IMG/VR virus record: IMGVR_UViG_3300033566_000008
Span: 1-25,310 of that record
Strand: one strand, 5' to 3'
From: a virus
Taxonomy: Duplodnaviria; Caudoviricetes
Length of the DNA: 25,310 nt
In this document: positions 9,177-18,428 of the stretch, in pieces
Layout: each line of letters begins with the position of its first letter
How positions within the stretch are numbered: the stretch's first letter is position 1
Notes under the pieces: model-generated
What the model saw: the letters and a program-made list of their open reading frames with translations, nothing else
What the model was told of the DNA's origin: nothing
The model's database searches: none
Translations under genes and position numbers: made by a program

Positions 9177-9220
9177 AGGCGCATCCCTGCTCACAGGCCG
9201 GGGGTGCGCCTTTTTGTTTT
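9177..9220 (+). terminator. Intrinsic terminator 1 after the capsid gene
   Basis: AGGCGCATCCC/GGGGTGCGCCT stem followed by TTTTGTTTT. Confidence 0.8.
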
Positions 9221-9231
9221 GCTTGCCTGCG

Positions 9232-9258
9232 GTCCTGGTGCGGCGGCACCGGGCTTTT
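9232..9258 (+). terminator. Terminator-like hairpin 2
   Basis: CCTGGTGC-GGCG-GCACCGGG followed by CTTTT. Confidence 0.5.
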
Positions 9259-9288
9259 GGGTCGGGGGTAACTTCCCGGCCCCTTTTT
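9259..9288 (+). terminator. Terminator-like hairpin 3
   Basis: GGGTCGGGGG-TAAC-TTCCCGGCCC followed by CTTTTT. Confidence 0.6.
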
Positions 9289-9327
9289 GGTGGCCGCCGA
9301 CACCGCGATCAATAAGGAACCACCGCC

Positions 9328-9906
9328 ATGGCCCGCAACCCCGCCGAAGTCTCCGAATCCCCTGAGAAGTTTCTTTCCCGCCGCGTGCTGATCCAGATCA
9401 ACCGCTCCGATGACGTGACCACCTCCACGCCTCGTGTGGCCTGGGAGCACGAGAAGCCAATCCTCGAAGCGATCTTCGGCGAGGGTTCCGTGGAAGACCT
9501 CGACCCCGCTGTGCTGGACGAGGGCTACACCAGTAAGCCCGACCGATCGATGATCATCCACCAGCCCATGAGCGGCAAACAGGATGTGATCCCCCGTCCT
9601 AGCGAAAGTGCCGGCATCGGCTTCGTTTTCTTCGGAGATGCTGAGTCCGAATACAACCGCCTGAAGTCCATCTATGGCTCTGTGCCTGATGAAGACGGCA
9701 AGGGCTCGACCTCCGCCGTGATCCTGGCCTATGGGCGCTTCAACGAGCGCAAGTTCACCAGCGCCATCGGCTCGCCCGAACTGTCCGACCTGCCCGACGC
9801 GCAGCTGGTACAGCTGGTGCACAGCTACGGCCAGGCCATCCCTGACGGCGCCACACGCGAAGAACTGCTGGCCCTGGCTGAAGAAGCCGGCGCCGAACTG
9901 GTCTAA
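9328..9906 (+). CDS. Hypothetical protein in the head module
   Basis: TAAGGA RBS; 192 aa; the C-terminal IPDGATREELLALA resembles a short HeH/Rho-N-like helical motif. Confidence 0.8.
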   Translation: MARNPAEVSESPEKFLSRRVLIQINRSDDVTTSTPRVAWEHEKPILEAIFGEGSVEDLDPAVLDEGYTSKPDRSMIIHQPMSGKQDVIPRPSESAGIGFVFFGDAESEYNRLKSIYGSVPDEDGKGSTSAVILAYGRFNERKFTSAIGSPELSDLPDAQLVQLVHSYGQAIPDGATREELLALAEEAGAELV

Positions 9907-9918
9907 CTGGAGCACTCC

Positions 9919-10182
9919 ATGCCCTACCTCATCGAAAAATCGTGCGGCACCCGCACCCAGGTGGACATCACGGCCGACGAGGCGCGCTACAAGGCGCAAT
10001 CGGCCCGCGTGATCGAGATTGCAGCCGACGGCACGGTGATCGGTGACGTGCAGCCTGATGCATCCAATGACGCGCAGCTGCTGCAGGCCGAGCAAGAAGC
10101 TGCAGGTGATGCAGGTGAGGCGGCACCCGTGGCCAAGCCAGCAGCCAAGAAGGCGGCCCGCAAGACTGCGGCCAAGAAGTAA
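9919..10182 (+). CDS. Small protein with a histone-like Lys/Ala-rich tail
   Basis: GGAG RBS; ends AKPAAKKAARKTAAKK. Confidence 0.75.
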   Translation: MPYLIEKSCGTRTQVDITADEARYKAQSARVIEIAADGTVIGDVQPDASNDAQLLQAEQEAAGDAGEAAPVAKPAAKKAARKTAAKK

Positions 10183-10185
10183 GCC

Positions 10186-10848
10186 ATGGCCTACCGCACC
10201 CTGGAAACCCTCCGCGCTGAGATCCTGGCCCGCTTGGGCATGGGCGGTATGGGGCCGTCTGGTGGTGCGAATCAGGCCCTGATCGATTCATTCCTGCGCA
10301 ATGGCCAAGCTCAGCTGTACCGCCTTCAGGACTGGCGCCACCTGATCGAGTACGAGGACAAGCCCCTGGGGGTCGGTCAAAACCAGATCGACTACCCCAA
10401 CGCCTGCAAGCGCGACCAGCGCGTGCTGCGCCTGGAGTACCCGTACAACGGCGACTACACGCGACTGACAGAGGGCATCACCACCGAGATGTGGTCGCTG
10501 ATGGACGTGCAAAGCTACCCGCAGCGGTACGAGCGTTACGCCCAGATCCTGCTGTTTCCACAGGCAGACCAGGTCTACAACGTGCGCGTCTGGTACGTCA
10601 AAGACCTTGGGCGCTTCACAGAGAACGGCGACAACGCCACGCTCGATGACGAGATGATCTTCTTGCACGCGCTTGCCAACGCCAAGGCGCACTACCGCCA
10701 GCCGGATGCCGCCACCTACCAGGGGCAACTGAACAGCCTGCTGGGCAGTCTGCGCGGGCAGTCCTTTGGCTCCAATGGCGTGTACCGCCGCGGCGATCCT
10801 GGCCCCTTGGAGCGCAAGCCGCTGGTGGTCGGCCGGGATGTTGACTGA
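10186..10848 (+). CDS. Head-tail adaptor (tail tubular protein A-like)
   Basis: 220 aa with adaptor-style N-terminus (TLETLRAEILARLG); lies before the nozzle gene. Confidence 0.7.
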   Translation: MAYRTLETLRAEILARLGMGGMGPSGGANQALIDSFLRNGQAQLYRLQDWRHLIEYEDKPLGVGQNQIDYPNACKRDQRVLRLEYPYNGDYTRLTEGITTEMWSLMDVQSYPQRYERYAQILLFPQADQVYNVRVWYVKDLGRFTENGDNATLDDEMIFLHALANAKAHYRQPDAATYQGQLNSLLGSLRGQSFGSNGVYRRGDPGPLERKPLVVGRDVD

Positions 10849-12269
10849 TGCCAGCCATCACCTACCAGGACTTCTCTGGCGGCCTTGACCGGCGGCTGGA
10901 CATCAAGGTGCAGGAGGCCAACCGCCTCTGGACTCTTCGCAATGCCTTTGTGACCCTGGGCAAGCGCATCCGCAAGCGCCCGGGCCTGAAACTGGAAGCA
11001 TCGGGGCTGACGGGCTCTTTCGGCCTGGAGTCGATCAGTGGCCGGCTGAAGGTGTTCGTTGACCGTGGCTCATCCTTCGTGGCGCCGGCCCTGCTGGACA
11101 CCATTGAATTGGACATCCCTGCGTCGGCCCCAGGCCAGACCCTGGTGCGCATCCACTACGCCGACGTGTTCACCGGCTATCCCTACGTCGTGGCCGAGTA
11201 CAGCGCCGGCGTGCTAGCCCACCACTACGTGGACACAAACCCCACCACGCCGATCACGGACACGAACTGCCCGCAGACCATCAGCGTCACCAAAGCGGCC
11301 AGTCGGGTGTTCGCCATCGGCGGCGAGGTGGTTCGCTACTGCGCTGCCGGCAACCCGCGCGACTGGACGACGGCCAATGACGCCGGATTTCTCCCGGTGA
11401 GCCTGCAGCAAGACACCAAATCCATCGCTACCGCCGTCGGCACCTTCCAGGACAGCCTGGTGGTGTTCTTCGAGGAATCGGCGCAGATCTGGAACGTGGC
11501 GGTTGACCCCACATCCAACGCCATCAGTAAACGCATCTTCGGCGTTGGCACCTCGGCGGCCTTGTCGCTGGCCTCGTTCGCCTCCGACCTGGTGTTTCTA
11601 TCGCCATTTGGATTTCGGTCCATGTCGGTGCAGGCCATCAGCAACCGAATCGATGACACCGACGTGGGCGTGCCCATCGACCCGTTGGTTCAGGTTGACC
11701 TGGCACTGATTGCGGCGCAGGTTGACCCGGAGCAGACCTTCGGGGTATGGATTCCGCAGCTTGGCCAGTACTGGGCCATGCTGGACGTAGGGGCGACCTC
11801 CAAGGTATGGGCCTACACCTTCAGCAAGTCCTCAAAAATTGCTTGCTGGTCTGAGTACACCTTCCCTTACTCCATCAAGGCGGTGACGACGCAAGGCGGC
11901 AGGGTCTACTTGCGTACAGAAGACCAATTGTTCAGCTTCGACGCTGCTCAGTTCACCGATAACGGCACGTTGGTGGATGTCGAGGTGCAAATGGCCTTCC
12001 AGGACGCCAAAACCCCGGGCGTGTCAAAGCAGTTCATCGGCGCTGACTACGTGATGCAAGGCGGTCCCATGGTGTCGTTCAAGTTCGACCCACGCGACCA
12101 GGCCAAGGAAACTGTGGCTCAAACCATCAGCGGCGATACCCGTCCGGGCGACGTGGTGCCCGTTGAGGTGGTGGCTCCGGCCATTGCCCCAGTGTTCCGA
12201 CATTCGCTGGACGAAGAGTTCGAACTGGACGCGGCCACCTTCTACTTTGAGCGGCTTGGCACCGTCTGA
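10848..12269 (+). CDS. Tail nozzle / packaged-DNA stabilisation protein (P22 gp10 / T7 gp12-like)
   Basis: Starts with DFSGGL ... NAFV ... IRKRPG, typical of nozzle proteins; beta-rich, 473 aa; TGATG-coupled. Confidence 0.75.
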   Translation: MPAITYQDFSGGLDRRLDIKVQEANRLWTLRNAFVTLGKRIRKRPGLKLEASGLTGSFGLESISGRLKVFVDRGSSFVAPALLDTIELDIPASAPGQTLVRIHYADVFTGYPYVVAEYSAGVLAHHYVDTNPTTPITDTNCPQTISVTKAASRVFAIGGEVVRYCAAGNPRDWTTANDAGFLPVSLQQDTKSIATAVGTFQDSLVVFFEESAQIWNVAVDPTSNAISKRIFGVGTSAALSLASFASDLVFLSPFGFRSMSVQAISNRIDDTDVGVPIDPLVQVDLALIAAQVDPEQTFGVWIPQLGQYWAMLDVGATSKVWAYTFSKSSKIACWSEYTFPYSIKAVTTQGGRVYLRTEDQLFSFDAAQFTDNGTLVDVEVQMAFQDAKTPGVSKQFIGADYVMQGGPMVSFKFDPRDQAKETVAQTISGDTRPGDVVPVEVVAPAIAPVFRHSLDEEFELDAATFYFERLGTV

Positions 12270-12727
12270 TGGATGGCATCCACACCCTGAACCTTGGAGC
12301 GGCGCAGTACATCTGCCAGAGGATGCGCGCGCTTGATGCAAAAGTGATGCGCGCCATGATGGGGGATCTGAAGCCAGACACCTTCGCCATCAATCGATAC
12401 CAGTCCAATGGCGCGGCATGGTTCATGGAGCAGGACGGCGAGCCCGTGGCCATGTTTGGGCTGGAAAAGTTGAATGAGAAATGCGTTGTGGCCTGGCTTT
12501 GTTGCACTGATTCGATGCGTTCGTTCAAGAAACTGATTCGCTTCTCGCGCACAGTGGCCGGTAACGCTGCAGCTGGTGGGGTCGTTCGGATTGAGGCTCA
12601 CGTCATGGACGGATGGGGCGCGGCTGCCGGCTTTGCTCAAAGGCTGGGCATGGAGTTTGAGGGGACGCGGCGCATGAGCGGCAATGCCGGTGAGTCGTTC
12701 CACATTTTTGCAAGGATTTCATCATGA
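12269..12727 (+). CDS. GNAT-fold protein (T7 gp13-like position)
   Basis: GEPVAMFG and FAQRLGMEFEG GNAT-like motifs; sits between nozzle and ejection genes. Confidence 0.65.
   Translation: MDGIHTLNLGAAQYICQRMRALDAKVMRAMMGDLKPDTFAINRYQSNGAAWFMEQDGEPVAMFGLEKLNEKCVVAWLCCTDSMRSFKKLIRFSRTVAGNAAAGGVVRIEAHVMDGWGAAAGFAQRLGMEFEGTRRMSGNAGESFHIFARISS
12519..12563 (+). promoter_or_regulatory. Putative late promoter, copy 3, upstream of the ejection-protein genes
   Basis: GTTCGTTCAAGAAAC at 12519-12533 and GCACAGT at 12549-12555, with the same spacing as the other copies. Confidence 0.55.
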
Positions 12728-13530
12728 GTAGTGGCGGTGGAGATGGCGGTGCATCGGCGCGCCAAGCACAGATCGAGGCGCAAAAGCAAGCGGCCCGGGA
12801 TCGGTTGAACCTGATCTTTGGCGAGGCGCCAGCCTACTCGCCCACCGTGGACAAGTCCCAGTTCACAACCTACTCGGCCCCAGAGCCTGGTGGTAAATCG
12901 CGCTCCGTGCTGGCTAACGGCAGTACGGCAATCTTCGACAAAGAAGGCTATGACGCAGCAGTTGCGAAAGCTTCAGCTGGCTTGAACGCTGAGGCCGAAG
13001 CCAACAAAGCCGCACGCGAGAAGATCTACAGCGATGTGCGTGCCAACGCATTCACGGCAGGCAAGCGCCGCGTCGATGAGCAGAACGACAACGCGGCTCG
13101 CAAGCTGAAGTTCTCCCTCTTCGCGCAGGGCTTGAATGGTGGTTCGACTGACATTGACCAGAACGCATTGCTCAAGCGCACCTACGACAACGGCCTGCTG
13201 GACCTCGGCGCCAAGGCGGACTCAGCTGCCGCGGGCGTTCGATCAAGCGATGAATCGACGCGCTTGGGGCTGCTGCAATCGATCGATGCCGGAACCGACC
13301 AAGGCAGCGCGATCAGTTCGGCGCTGAACCAGATGAAGATCAACAGCGACCGTGCTGCAGCAGAGGCGCAGGGGACCGATGTTGGTGATCTGTTCGCCAA
13401 TGTCCCGCTTCTGTACCAGAACAGCCAGCGCGCCCAAGGTGTGGCGGATGCTCGTGACCTCTACAGGTACGGGTCCGGCTCAAAGAGTACCGGCAAGGCC
13501 TACAGCGGCCAGATCACGCCTACCAATTGA
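12724..13530 (+). CDS. Internal virion / DNA ejection protein (putative)
   Basis: MSSGGGDGG start, A/G/Q-rich helical protein, podovirus ejectosome position. Confidence 0.65.
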   Translation: MSSGGGDGGASARQAQIEAQKQAARDRLNLIFGEAPAYSPTVDKSQFTTYSAPEPGGKSRSVLANGSTAIFDKEGYDAAVAKASAGLNAEAEANKAAREKIYSDVRANAFTAGKRRVDEQNDNAARKLKFSLFAQGLNGGSTDIDQNALLKRTYDNGLLDLGAKADSAAAGVRSSDESTRLGLLQSIDAGTDQGSAISSALNQMKINSDRAAAEAQGTDVGDLFANVPLLYQNSQRAQGVADARDLYRYGSGSKSTGKAYSGQITPTN

Positions 13531-13539
13531 GGCATCACC

Positions 13540-14157
13540 ATGGCTACCGCAATCCCTTACATCGTCGCCGCAGCTGGAACCTACCTGAGCTACAAGGGCC
13601 AGCAGGATGCCGCCGACGAGCGCCGCAACATCATCAACGCGCAGTTGGAGAACACACAGAAGGCCACGGAGAAGGCCGCGAACCTGGTGCAGCAGGAAGC
13701 GCAGCAGTACGGCGCCCAGAATCGCCAGGAAGCGCTTTCAGCCCAGGAAAAGCAGGCCTACGAGCAGTCTCAGAAGGACTTGTCCACGGGTGCGGGCGGA
13801 AGCATGATCGACACAGCCGGTGGAAACGGCAACGTCTCGACCGATTTCCTCAAAGCCAAGGCTGACAAGCAAGTCAGCGAGGGCAACAACTTGACGGCGC
13901 TGGCTCGTGAAGTTGCGAAGACCCGTGCTCCTTCTTTGCTGCTGACCAAGGAAGGGCAGAGCCGCGCGAACCTCGCCGGCAATCTGCAGAACACGTTCAG
14001 CAGCCTGCGCAACATGGCGGGCGCTGCCAGCAACGATGCATCAGCGGTAGAGGCCCCGGCCTACGGCCAGATCGCCAGCGCAGCCGGCAACCTGGGGGCC
14101 TCCTACCTGAGCAACCAGCCCAAGACCAAAACAAACTCAGGCGTCCAGTGGGCGTAA
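13540..14157 (+). CDS. Internal virion / ejection protein (T7 gp14-like position)
   Basis: Hydrophobic N-terminus, A/Q-rich helix, GAGG RBS. Confidence 0.65.
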   Translation: MATAIPYIVAAAGTYLSYKGQQDAADERRNIINAQLENTQKATEKAANLVQQEAQQYGAQNRQEALSAQEKQAYEQSQKDLSTGAGGSMIDTAGGNGNVSTDFLKAKADKQVSEGNNLTALAREVAKTRAPSLLLTKEGQSRANLAGNLQNTFSSLRNMAGAASNDASAVEAPAYGQIASAAGNLGASYLSNQPKTKTNSGVQWA

Positions 14158-14168
14158 TGGAGCACTGA

Positions 14169-15557
14169 ATGCCTCGCTCGTCCTTCACCTCTTCGTTTCT
14201 GCGTGGCGCAGCCCCAGGCCTTGGCCGTTTGGCTCAGGCCGTCGGAGGCGGGCGCGATGCTTACCAGGACGCCTACACCAAGGAAGAGCAAGCCCAGTCT
14301 CGCATCGCGCAGGCTGTTGCCTCCCAACACGCGAACCAGGCCAAGGCTGATCAGGACAACGCCGAAACCTCAATCATCCAAGGCCGGCCTCAGGTGTTCG
14401 ACCGCACGGTGTCGGCGCGCGCAGGCGTCTCGATCCCACAGGTGCAGGCTTACAAGAAGTTTCAGGACACGGGCGTGATGCCCGAGCGAGAACTGCCGGG
14501 GCCGGCCGACGAGAGCGGCATCGGCCCTGGCTCTGCGCCTGTGCTGGACGAGGCCATGACAAGCAAGATTGGGCAGCTGATCGGGCAACTGGCTCCCGCG
14601 CTGCTGGGCAACGTGAAGGACAACAAGCCAGACGACCTGGCGCGCGCAGATCAGATCTACGGGGACATGGGCCTTCGTGACGACGTGCTTGGCGGCCGGC
14701 GAAATGCTGCAGATGTCGGTGGTGCACAGCGTGCCATCAAGGGCGGTGATCTGTTCAAACAATCCTCGAATGGATCCGTGATTGATCCGTTCTCTGGCGA
14801 GGTGGATCAGTCCAACCCCATTGCGACGGCGACCGTCGATCTCAAGAAGGCGCAGAAGGTCAAGGCCGAGCGCGTGCCTGCGCCTAAAGCCGGCACCAAG
14901 GAAATTGACCGTGAACGCGCGGCAATCCTGGCCCAAGAGCTTCACAACACGCGTGAGGCCATGAAGACAGCCACGGGGCCGGCGCTTGCGCGCTTGCAAG
15001 GCGACGAGGCCGCCGTGGTGTCCGAACTCAAGCGCGCGGGCGTGACGGACTTGGGGCAGCTTGCTGTGCCGAAGCCCGGGAAAGGTGCCGGCGCCCCGAC
15101 AGAAGACGAGCGCAAGGCGGCCGGATGGGTTGCCCAGGCGCAATTTGCCTTCGACAACATGGAGCGCGTTCTCGCGAAGGATCCCTCGGCATCCAAGCCA
15201 AACACCATGGCGGAAATCGCAGGCGCTGTACCGCTGGTCGGCGCTTCGGCCAAGAACGCGCTCAACTCAGCCAGCCGCCAAGAGTTTGAACAGGCTGCAT
15301 CTTCGTTTGCTGAAGCGGCGCTCCGAGCTGCGACCGGCGCGGGCGTGAACATCGAGGAAGCGAAGCAGAAGATCCGAGAGCTGACCCCCCAATGGGGCGA
15401 CAAAGCGCCCGTGATTGCGCAGAAGAAGGCAGCTCTGACGGTTTACCTGGATTCGCTCAAGACCCGAGCGGGCCGCGCGCTGCCCCAGCCATCAGCGCCA
15501 CCGTCCGAGAACTCGCCAGTCGGCGTCACCCAGCGCAACGTGCGCGTGAACTACTGA
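14169..15557 (+). CDS. Internal virion / ejection protein (putative)
   Basis: GGAG RBS; 462 aa; ALRAATGA...E motif seen in P22-like DNA transfer proteins. Confidence 0.65.
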   Translation: MPRSSFTSSFLRGAAPGLGRLAQAVGGGRDAYQDAYTKEEQAQSRIAQAVASQHANQAKADQDNAETSIIQGRPQVFDRTVSARAGVSIPQVQAYKKFQDTGVMPERELPGPADESGIGPGSAPVLDEAMTSKIGQLIGQLAPALLGNVKDNKPDDLARADQIYGDMGLRDDVLGGRRNAADVGGAQRAIKGGDLFKQSSNGSVIDPFSGEVDQSNPIATATVDLKKAQKVKAERVPAPKAGTKEIDRERAAILAQELHNTREAMKTATGPALARLQGDEAAVVSELKRAGVTDLGQLAVPKPGKGAGAPTEDERKAAGWVAQAQFAFDNMERVLAKDPSASKPNTMAEIAGAVPLVGASAKNALNSASRQEFEQAASSFAEAALRAATGAGVNIEEAKQKIRELTPQWGDKAPVIAQKKAALTVYLDSLKTRAGRALPQPSAPPSENSPVGVTQRNVRVNY

Positions 15558-15564
15558 GGCAGCC

Positions 15565-17748
15565 ATGCCCTACAGCATCACCACCAAAGACGGCATCACG
15601 ATCGACAACATCCCGGACGATGTGCCGGCCGATGCTCCGCAACTGAAGGAGCGGGTGGCGAAGATCCGCGGCCAAGGCTCGCCCGCCGAACCAAGCTCAG
15701 TCACAGCCCCGAAATCCGGGTATGTCATGGGCCTGCGCGACCCGATCGATGCGGGCGCCCAGATCCTCGAAAACTTGGTGCCCGAGGGCGTGGCCACCAA
15801 GGTGAACCAGTTCAACAACTTCCTGGCCGACAAGGGTTTCCCCGTCACTCGGGTTGAAGAGTCTGGCAAGGGCGCAACTAAGCTCGTGCAGCAGGTCAAC
15901 AAGCAGTACGGTACACAGCGTCAAGAGCGCGCCCAGTCGAGTTCCGGCGCCAATCCTCTTGATCCGCAGGTCGATCCCGGCTTCGACTGGGGTCGCTTGG
16001 CCGGCAACGTGATCAACCCGGCGAACCTGGCGGGGCCCAGCATGGTCGGCGCGCGCACGGTCGGGCAACTGGCGGTGCGTGGCGCGGCGCAGGGCGCAAT
16101 CAGCGGAGCGCTGCAGCCTGTCACATCGGATGATGCGGCCGAGAATTTCTGGGCGCGCAAAGGTGGGCAGGTTGCGTTGGGCGCTGCAACTGGCGCCGTG
16201 GCCACCCCAGCAGTCGCACGGGCCACCACAGCCATTGGCAACGGTGTGCGAAACGTCGCGGGTCGGGTCCAGCGCGCGGCGCGGCCCATCACGCCGGACC
16301 AGATCAACGTGGCGGCAGCGAATGCGGCGCGGGCTGGCGGCTACGAGTGGAGCGACATTCCAGAGGCGATGCAGCAGGCAATCACTCGCCAAGCCGAAGA
16401 ATCGCTGCGCGCAGGCCAACGCCTTGACCCCGCGGCCATGATTCGCCGAGCAGAGGCTGAAGCTGTGGGCCTGACCGGTGACGCAGGACTGACGGCCGGC
16501 CAGGCCACCGGCAACCCCATGCAATTCACGCAGGAGCGCAACCTTCGGGGCGTAGAGATTGCCACCCCACAGGGCCGCGGCAATCCCCTGATGGACCGCT
16601 TTGCCAATCAGAACCAGGCGCTGGCGAACAACTTCCGGGATCTCGGGGCTGAAGGCGCGACCGAGGCCAATACGGCAGGACAGACCTTGATCGACGCATT
16701 GCGGGCTGCCGACGCGCCCGTGCGCGCTGGAGTGGACGAGGCCTACACGGCGGCCCGGGCCATGAACAACGGGCGCGCAGCACCCTTGGAGCGCGGCACT
16801 TTTAGCCAGACGGCCAATGCAGCGCTTGAGCAAGGGCAGTGGGGTCGATTTCTGCCCGCCGAAGTGCGCGGCCTGCTGAACGACATCAGCAGCGGCCAGA
16901 CGCCATTCGACGTGGATGCAGCGGTGCAGATTGACGGCATCCTGTCTTCTGTGCAGCGCCGCGCGGGCGCAGGATCACCAGAAGCCAGCGCCGTCGGCGT
17001 GGTGCGTAATGCTCTGCGCGACACCCCTTTGCAGGCTACCGAGTTCGCAGACAACGGAGCTGGCCAGGCCGCCCGCGAAGCCTTTGACACAGCGCGCCAG
17101 GCCGCACGCAATCGCTTTGCCAACATCGAGGCCACGCCCGCATTGGCTGCCGCGCTGGATGATGTCGCGCCCGACCAGTTCATTCAACGCTTCATCCTGA
17201 ACGGCAATGCCCGAGACCTGCAGGCCTTGCGCGCCACTCTGGAAGGCGATCCCGCGGCGCTTGGGCAAGCCCGGGCTCAGGTTGCAGCCCACCTGCAGCG
17301 TGCCGCCTTCGGCGAGAACCTGGCCGGCCGTGCTCAGTTCTCGCCCGAGCGGTTCGCCAAGACACTGCGTGCTATCGGTGGCCAACGCTTGGGGGCGTTC
17401 TTCACTCCCGAGGAAATCCAGCAGTTGAACCTGGTGGCTCGTACGGGTGCCACAGTCAACACGCAGCCAGCAGGATCGGCCGTCAACAACAGCAATACCG
17501 CTTCAGGGTTGATGTCGATGCTGAACCGACTGGCGGATACCCCGCTGCTACGCCGTGTGCCGGGCGCGCGCGCGGTGGCCAACCAGATCGGGGAGATGCG
17601 CACAGAGCGCCAAATGAACCAAGCCCTATCGGGTCAGCTTCCGGCACCACCGGCCGAGCTTTCGCCCGAAACGATGCGCGCGCTGGAGCGCCTGTTCCCG
17701 CTGACGGGCGCGGCGGGGGGCGCTCTTGGCGGCATGGCGGTGCAGTAG
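15565..17748 (+). CDS. Large DNA transfer / ejection protein (putative)
   Basis: 727 aa, Ala/Gly-rich with GAAQGAISGA-type membrane-active segments; last gene of the ejection cluster. Confidence 0.7.
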   Translation: MPYSITTKDGITIDNIPDDVPADAPQLKERVAKIRGQGSPAEPSSVTAPKSGYVMGLRDPIDAGAQILENLVPEGVATKVNQFNNFLADKGFPVTRVEESGKGATKLVQQVNKQYGTQRQERAQSSSGANPLDPQVDPGFDWGRLAGNVINPANLAGPSMVGARTVGQLAVRGAAQGAISGALQPVTSDDAAENFWARKGGQVALGAATGAVATPAVARATTAIGNGVRNVAGRVQRAARPITPDQINVAAANAARAGGYEWSDIPEAMQQAITRQAEESLRAGQRLDPAAMIRRAEAEAVGLTGDAGLTAGQATGNPMQFTQERNLRGVEIATPQGRGNPLMDRFANQNQALANNFRDLGAEGATEANTAGQTLIDALRAADAPVRAGVDEAYTAARAMNNGRAAPLERGTFSQTANAALEQGQWGRFLPAEVRGLLNDISSGQTPFDVDAAVQIDGILSSVQRRAGAGSPEASAVGVVRNALRDTPLQATEFADNGAGQAAREAFDTARQAARNRFANIEATPALAAALDDVAPDQFIQRFILNGNARDLQALRATLEGDPAALGQARAQVAAHLQRAAFGENLAGRAQFSPERFAKTLRAIGGQRLGAFFTPEEIQQLNLVARTGATVNTQPAGSAVNNSNTASGLMSMLNRLADTPLLRRVPGARAVANQIGEMRTERQMNQALSGQLPAPPAELSPETMRALERLFPLTGAAGGALGGMAVQ

Positions 17749-17820
17749 TTCTTGAACGATGGCCCAAAAGACCGGGCCAATCGCCGCAGCCAGGATCAGC
17801 CGCAAAGTGTCATTGCTCAT
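17626..17820 (-). CDS. Small single-TM membrane protein with basic tail; candidate superinfection-exclusion moron
   Basis: MSNDTLRLILAAAIGPVFWAIVQ is a TM segment; it has its own sigma70-like promoter 6 nt before the ATG; it lies antisense at the end of the last ejection gene. Confidence 0.65.
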   Translation of the reverse strand: MSNDTLRLILAAAIGPVFWAIVQELLHRHAAKSAPRRARQREQALQRAHRFGRKLGRWCRKLTR

Positions 17821-17855
17821 GCGCGCAGTGTAGTCAAATCGGGCAATTCGATCAA
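17821..17855 (-). promoter_or_regulatory. Sigma70-type promoter for the leaderless minus-strand gene
   Basis: TTGATC (17855-17850), 17 nt, TACACT (17832-17827), 6 nt, ATG (17820). Confidence 0.7.
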
Positions 17856-17889
17856 AAAAGCCCGGGGCCGCGCTGGCGTAATGCGTTTA
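17846..17889 (+). promoter_or_regulatory. Putative late promoter, copy 4 (leaderless)
   Basis: ATTCGATCAAAAAAG at 17846-17860 is identical to copy 1; GCGTAAT at 17876-17882; ATG at 17889 has the same 43-nt offset. Confidence 0.78.
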
Positions 17890-18428
17890 TGGCACAGGCA
17901 CCAAAGTACACCCCATCTACGTCGTTCTACGACGATTCGCGCAATAACGCGGGCGGGCGTGAAACTGTACGCACGGATCGGCTTGACGCCGAACTGGGCG
18001 CCATCGAGATCACCGCGGATGCCCTCTGCGAGAACTTGGAGTTGATCCAGCGCGATGACGGCAAGCTGCGAGACCAGATCGTAGAGCCCTATGCGCTGAG
18101 CGTGACAACGCGCGCCTACATCCAAGGTTCGAGATTCACGCCGCGCGGTCAGTGGGCATCAAGCGTGCTGTACGCCGTCGGCGATCTCATCGATTATTTA
18201 GGCGATGCCTATGTGTGCGCCATCGTCCACACATCCACGTCATTCGCTGCCGATTACGCGTCCGGACGCTGGCAGGTTTTCACCACTGTGCCCGGCTCGT
18301 CTGACGTTGACTTCACGCCTACCGCAACAATCTCGGCCACCAACGTGCAGGCCGCCATTGTTGAGGTTGAGCAGGAGGCTAAGGCTTCCATTAACCCACT
18401 CCTTGCAACTCTCTACGGAGCACTCTAA
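17889..18428 (+). CDS. Tail-fibre/spike anchor protein with CBM5/12-like motif
   Basis: N-terminal anchor-like LDAELGAI...IQRDDGKL; WASSVLYAVGDLIDYLGDAYVCAIVHTS motif; C-terminal ISATNVQAAIVEV. Confidence 0.65.
   Translation: MAQAPKYTPSTSFYDDSRNNAGGRETVRTDRLDAELGAIEITADALCENLELIQRDDGKLRDQIVEPYALSVTTRAYIQGSRFTPRGQWASSVLYAVGDLIDYLGDAYVCAIVHTSTSFAADYASGRWQVFTTVPGSSDVDFTPTATISATNVQAAIVEVEQEAKASINPLLATLYGAL

Noticed and set aside
9303-9317. CCGCGATCAATAAGG as a sixth late box; similar partial hits near 917, 2068 and 13237
   Set aside because: Only the GATCAA core matches, and there is no GCNNANT at the conserved distance.
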